DNA of 45,610 nucleotides from a virus: IMG/VR virus record IMGVR_UViG_2853968202_000001, positions 1 to 45,610 of that record; one strand, 5' to 3'. Shown piece by piece: positions 42,700 to 45,610 of this stretch (position 1 is its first letter; each line of letters starts with the position of its first letter). The notes under the pieces were generated by a model. It saw only the letters and a program-made list of their open reading frames with translations, ran no database searches and was not told where the DNA came from. The position numbers and the translations under genes were made by a program.

Positions 42700-43083
42700 A
42701 TGGCACGACGACGCGCGTTGCTTACTGATCGTGAGCGGGAACTGATCGCTGAAGATGATCCGGACGACGAGAATCGCCGTTACCAGGCGATCTCGAGGGC
42801 CCGAAATAAGATTCAGGATGAGCTTCCCAACGACGTTGAGCTACTTGCGGAGAACCACCCACAACTCCTATCGGAGCTCCAGAACGTCGTTTGCGAGGAT
42901 GTAGGTACGCTCTCGGAGTACCGTGAGCAGCTACAGGTTGCGCACGAGCAGATCGGCGAGACCGAATCCGCGCTAGACGAGATCGAAGCTGCGTTCGAAC
43001 GCGGAGATCCTGACGCAGCACGCAAAGCACTCGAGCAAGCTCAAGACGCGATTTCAGACGGTGATCCGAATGACTCAGACTAA
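42700..43083 (+). CDS. Hypothetical DNA-binding-like protein (127 aa; alternative starts 42667/42673)
   Basis: MARRRALLTDRERELIAEDDPDDENRRYQAISRARNKIQDEL looks like an HTH, followed by a coiled coil. The upstream part of the track ORF merely translates the iterons. Confidence 0.6.
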   Translation: MARRRALLTDRERELIAEDDPDDENRRYQAISRARNKIQDELPNDVELLAENHPQLLSELQNVVCEDVGTLSEYREQLQVAHEQIGETESALDEIEAAFERGDPDAARKALEQAQDAISDGDPNDSD

Positions 43084-43312
43084 CCGAGAACCCCGATCCG
43101 ATCTCGAGTGTCGCGAGGAGGACGACGAACTGTGTTTGCTCCGAGGCGGCACGCTCGGCTACGACTATGAAGGCTCTCGCGCTTCGCTCGAGGCGTTTGC
43201 CGAAGACGACTCGGATGCGCACAAACTGGTACCGAGAGACGAAGAATACGCCGAACGGAAGCGCCTGACCAATGGCGAGTACGACACTCCGCAGGAGTGG
43301 GTGGAAGCATGA
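43070..43312 (+). CDS. Small acidic hypothetical protein (80 aa)
   Basis: ATG at 43070 overlapping the upstream gene's end. Confidence 0.5.
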   Translation: MTQTNREPRSDLECREEDDELCLLRGGTLGYDYEGSRASLEAFAEDDSDAHKLVPRDEEYAERKRLTNGEYDTPQEWVEA

Positions 43313-43662
43313 ACGACTTCATCCATCACCGTTGCCCACGTTGCGACGAATCGATTTTCTTCGACGAGGAGAACCAGATCTGCGACAAGTGCGAGTGGGG
43401 TCTGGATGAAGACGATGACGAAGCACTCCCGTTCAGGTGCGAATGGGAGGTCGGGATCAACGAAGCCGGTGATGCCGACGACTGGAACCACTACCATCCA
43501 CTTGCGAAGTCGGAAGAGGAAGCCAAGCGGAAGGCGCAGCAAGAGGCCCGAGAAGACGGTTACACCGATCCGTACCCGTACATGTGCACTGGGCCGTACA
43601 AGCCTCGAGACCCGATCCGTGTCGGCGAGGAGATGATCGAGGAGGTGTTTGAAGATGGCTGA
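43309..43662 (+). CDS. Zinc-ribbon protein (117 aa)
   Basis: ATGA overlap. CPRCDESIFFDEENQICDKC. Confidence 0.6.
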   Translation: MNDFIHHRCPRCDESIFFDEENQICDKCEWGLDEDDDEALPFRCEWEVGINEAGDADDWNHYHPLAKSEEEAKRKAQQEAREDGYTDPYPYMCTGPYKPRDPIRVGEEMIEEVFEDG

Positions 43663-43843
43663 GCGCACGTGGTCGTCAGTCCTGTGCCTACTGTTCGGCC
43701 ACAGTTGGGTCGGCCACACCGCCTACAAGCTCAAGAACGACATGGGGCGTGCTTTGCACGGTGACCTGTGCGAAGTGTGCGGTAAATTCCAGCCCCGTTC
43801 CGATGGAAAGGCGCGGTATGTAGACACGGGTAGTGAACAGTAG
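43655..43843 (+). CDS. Small Cys/His protein (62 aa)
   Basis: ATG at 43655 (8-nt overlap). CLLFGHSW ... CEVCG. Confidence 0.45.
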   Translation: MAERTWSSVLCLLFGHSWVGHTAYKLKNDMGRALHGDLCEVCGKFQPRSDGKARYVDTGSEQ

Positions 43844-43966
43844 CGAGCGTCTGTTAAACTCCTGTTTAACTGAGTGATCCACTCGGCGCAAGTACTCTCC
43901 TGCTCCCCTATACACCACAAGCTATAAGTGGTTGTCCCCCTATGTACTACATAGAGGCGAACACCA

Positions 43967-44842
43967 ATGCACGAACTCACCGACGCCACGAACATCGAAC
44001 TCGAATCGGCCACGTACGAGAACCTCTCCGACGACTACACCGACAACCGAACCGACGAGGTTGAGGTTAGCCGTTGGTCGAAGAAGGGCGACCGGCTGTA
44101 CATCAACGGCCCCGCGAAGTACAAAAAGAACAGTACCTTCTTCGACCTCGTCGCAGGCGAAATGCAGGATCTCCCCGGCAGCCGGGATGTTACAGTCGAG
44201 CGCGACGGCGACACCGTCACGATCACCGTGGCGGACACGGGCGGGCTCGGATACGACGAGGAGTGGACGTTCGTTCTCGAGATGGCGTTCCCCGGTCAGG
44301 AAGACGAAGACGAAGACGGTGGGAACGAGGACGATCGCGAGGTCGCGACCGACGGCGGCGAAGAAGAAGAAGAAGCCTCCGAGGACGAAACAACGAGTGA
44401 GCAGGATGACGTGGCCGAATCGCTGTCAACGAAGCGCCTCAGCGACGAGTCGCGAGAATGGACCGTCGAGGTCGACACCATCAACGACGGGCGGCCCGCG
44501 GTCCGCGTGTCCTGGGAGCCCGACACCGATGCCTCGCTCCCCACGGTCGACGAGGAGCGACTCCCGCACGACTGGCAAATCGTACAGTTTGGCGTCGGCG
44601 TCAGCAGCGAGATCGGCGAGAGCGACGACAAACGGTATCTGGTGATCGCGCCGCAGAAAGCCAACAGCGAACCCGCGATGTACGACGCGCTCGCACGAGA
44701 GTTGACCGCGTCGGAGCTACGCGACTACCTCGCCGTCGAGCGGTTTGGGTACTCTCAGACTGGTTGGGCCAAGGCGTCTGGTCTCAACAGGTCCAACGTC
44801 TCCGAGCGCGTCAATTCAGCGCGTCGGAAGATCAGCAAGTAG
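43967..44842 (+). CDS. Acidic protein with a C-terminal HTH (291 aa)
   Basis: ATG start. C-terminus LRDYLAVERFGYSQTGWAKASGLNRSNVSERVNSARRKI is an HTH resembling sigma region 4 or an Xre type. Central poly-acidic linker. Confidence 0.7.
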   Translation: MHELTDATNIELESATYENLSDDYTDNRTDEVEVSRWSKKGDRLYINGPAKYKKNSTFFDLVAGEMQDLPGSRDVTVERDGDTVTITVADTGGLGYDEEWTFVLEMAFPGQEDEDEDGGNEDDREVATDGGEEEEEASEDETTSEQDDVAESLSTKRLSDESREWTVEVDTINDGRPAVRVSWEPDTDASLPTVDEERLPHDWQIVQFGVGVSSEIGESDDKRYLVIAPQKANSEPAMYDALARELTASELRDYLAVERFGYSQTGWAKASGLNRSNVSERVNSARRKISK

Positions 44843-45165
44843 CCTCACAAGAGTCCATCTGAAACCGCAGTGTGGTCGGGACGCCAACTTCAACTGCTTC
44901 GAGCACCGTCTGAAGCGGTTTGGTCTGGTCTCCGCAACCACAAAACTGTATCGGCGTGGTTGGACACCCGACAACGGACGGACACAGGACATTACTCGCC
45001 TAATGTACACTGTCGGCACTACTCGTCAATAAATCACATACTGCGATACGTATGGTGTAGGAGGTCTTCAAAAGGGCGGATGTCGTCTAGACTAATAATA
45101 CGGTTCGCACATATCCACAGGAAATAAACCAAAGAACAATATGCGCGCGTGACGTGTCTATAACC

Positions 45166-45378
45166 ATGCAGGGGAACGATCCGGATGAGTTTGACCGTGT
45201 GGACGCAGCCCGTCTGATCGTCAAAGAACAGGACTCAGACGAGATGTACGAGACACTCAAGATGGTTGCTCGAGAGATGGCGAAGACAGGAAACGGCGTC
45301 CAAGCAGCGGACCTCATGCGGAAAGAGGCCAACCGGACGTTGACGAGTGTCTCCGACACCGAAGACGTTGCTGAATAA
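45166..45378 (+). CDS. Small hypothetical protein (70 aa)
   Basis: ATG at 45166 (the track ORF starts at a GTG at 45154). Followed by two strong hairpins. Confidence 0.5.
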   Translation: MQGNDPDEFDRVDAARLIVKEQDSDEMYETLKMVAREMAKTGNGVQAADLMRKEANRTLTSVSDTEDVAE

Positions 45379-45422
45379 CGACGGCCCAGCCGAGATTTTC
45401 TTTTTCGAGCCCCAAACCAACG

Positions 45423-45446
45423 AAGGGGTCCCCCCGGGGACCCCTT
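45423..45446 (+). terminator. GC-rich perfect hairpin AAGGGGTCCCC-CC-GGGGACCCCTT
   Basis: 11-nt arms are perfectly complementary. Starts 45 nt after the stop at 45378. Confidence 0.5.
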
Positions 45447-45467
45447 GGAACTCTAATCCGCCGATAG

Positions 45468-45489
45468 AGGCCCCCTCTCGAGGGGGCCT
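45468..45489 (+). terminator. GC-rich perfect hairpin AGGCCCCCTC-TC-GAGGGGGCCT followed by ATTGTTTCC
   Basis: 10-nt arms are perfectly complementary. T-rich tract follows. Confidence 0.5.
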
Positions 45490-45497
45490 ATTGTTTC

Positions 45498-45564
45498 CTG
45501 CTGTGCTACTGCACAACTACTACTACTACTACTAGAAAGTAGTAGTGTAGTGTGTACACAGCAG
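45498..45564. repeat. Long imperfect palindrome containing (ACT)6-AGAA-(AGT)n
   Basis: CTGCTGTG (45498-45505) pairs with CACAGCAG (45557-45564). (ACT)6 at 45516-45533 pairs with AGTAGTAGTGTAGT at 45538-45551 across an AGAA loop. The interior is only partly complementary. Confidence 0.7.
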
Positions 45565-45610
45565 GTACACTCTTTGGGAAAACCTAAGTGCCTGTGTACA
45601 CACTGTGTAC
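45519..45610. repeat. Terminal direct repeat, right copy (identical to 1-92)
   Basis: See the left copy. The window ends inside the third TGTGTACA box. Confidence 0.95.

Noticed and set aside
44290-44400. GAA/GAC/GAG-rich runs that look like microsatellites. Others occur at 5150-5215 and 21780-21900.
   Set aside because: They are in frame and encode poly-acidic linkers (EDEDEDGGNEDD, EPEPEEPEEPEP, DDPDDPDAD), which are typical of halophilic proteins. They are not non-coding repeats.

Overview
The window is one complete copy of a ~45.5-kb replicon. Bases 1-92 are repeated exactly at 45519-45610, giving a ~45,518-bp unit that is either circular with an assembly overlap or carries a short direct terminal repeat. 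High GC, very acidic predicted proteins, an Orc1/Cdc6 initiator and a Tat-lipobox protein all point to a haloarchaeal host. Gene content is that of a tailed, HK97-type, non-contractile (siphovirus-like) archaeal virus.

Minus-strand layout:
- One long late operon runs from ~28.5 kb down to ~2.6 kb. It encodes two small membrane proteins, HNH, TerS, TerL, portal, a Mu-F/gp7-like protein, protease/scaffold, a decoration-like protein, major capsid, connector proteins, major tail protein, a tail chaperone with a -1 frameshift, tape measure, seven baseplate/fibre genes and three membrane-protein genes.
- Upstream of it lie two tightly coupled minus-strand operons of small proteins, mostly of unknown function (38195->34758 and 33441->29110). 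They are rich in wHTH, zinc-ribbon, PadR, HNH and AbrB domains.

Other modules:
- Plasmid-type maintenance: RHH protein, ParA and a small RHH-like partner (100-2470, plus strand), and Orc1/Cdc6 (39088-40158).
- No integrase-like ORF is recognisable, so I read this as an archaeal virus-plasmid (episomal temperate virus). That is an inference.

Observations most worth follow-up:
1. A canonical GGGAAAC slippery site with a 9-bp stimulatory hairpin gives a G/GT-type tail chaperone.
2. An opposite-strand zinc-ribbon membrane 'moron' is wedged directly upstream of the tape measure gene.
3. A holin/anchored-effector-like three-gene cassette sits at the distal end of the late operon.
4. A divergent pair of RHH genes flanks three TGTAATGC boxes and looks like an immunity switch.
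5. Four 18-bp iterons lie in a divergent AT-rich intergenic region.
6. A 56-nt tRNA-like element has acceptor, D and T arms but no anticodon arm.
7. A heavily structured intergenic region spans the genome ends.

All functional calls come from motif reading and synteny by eye. No searches were run.
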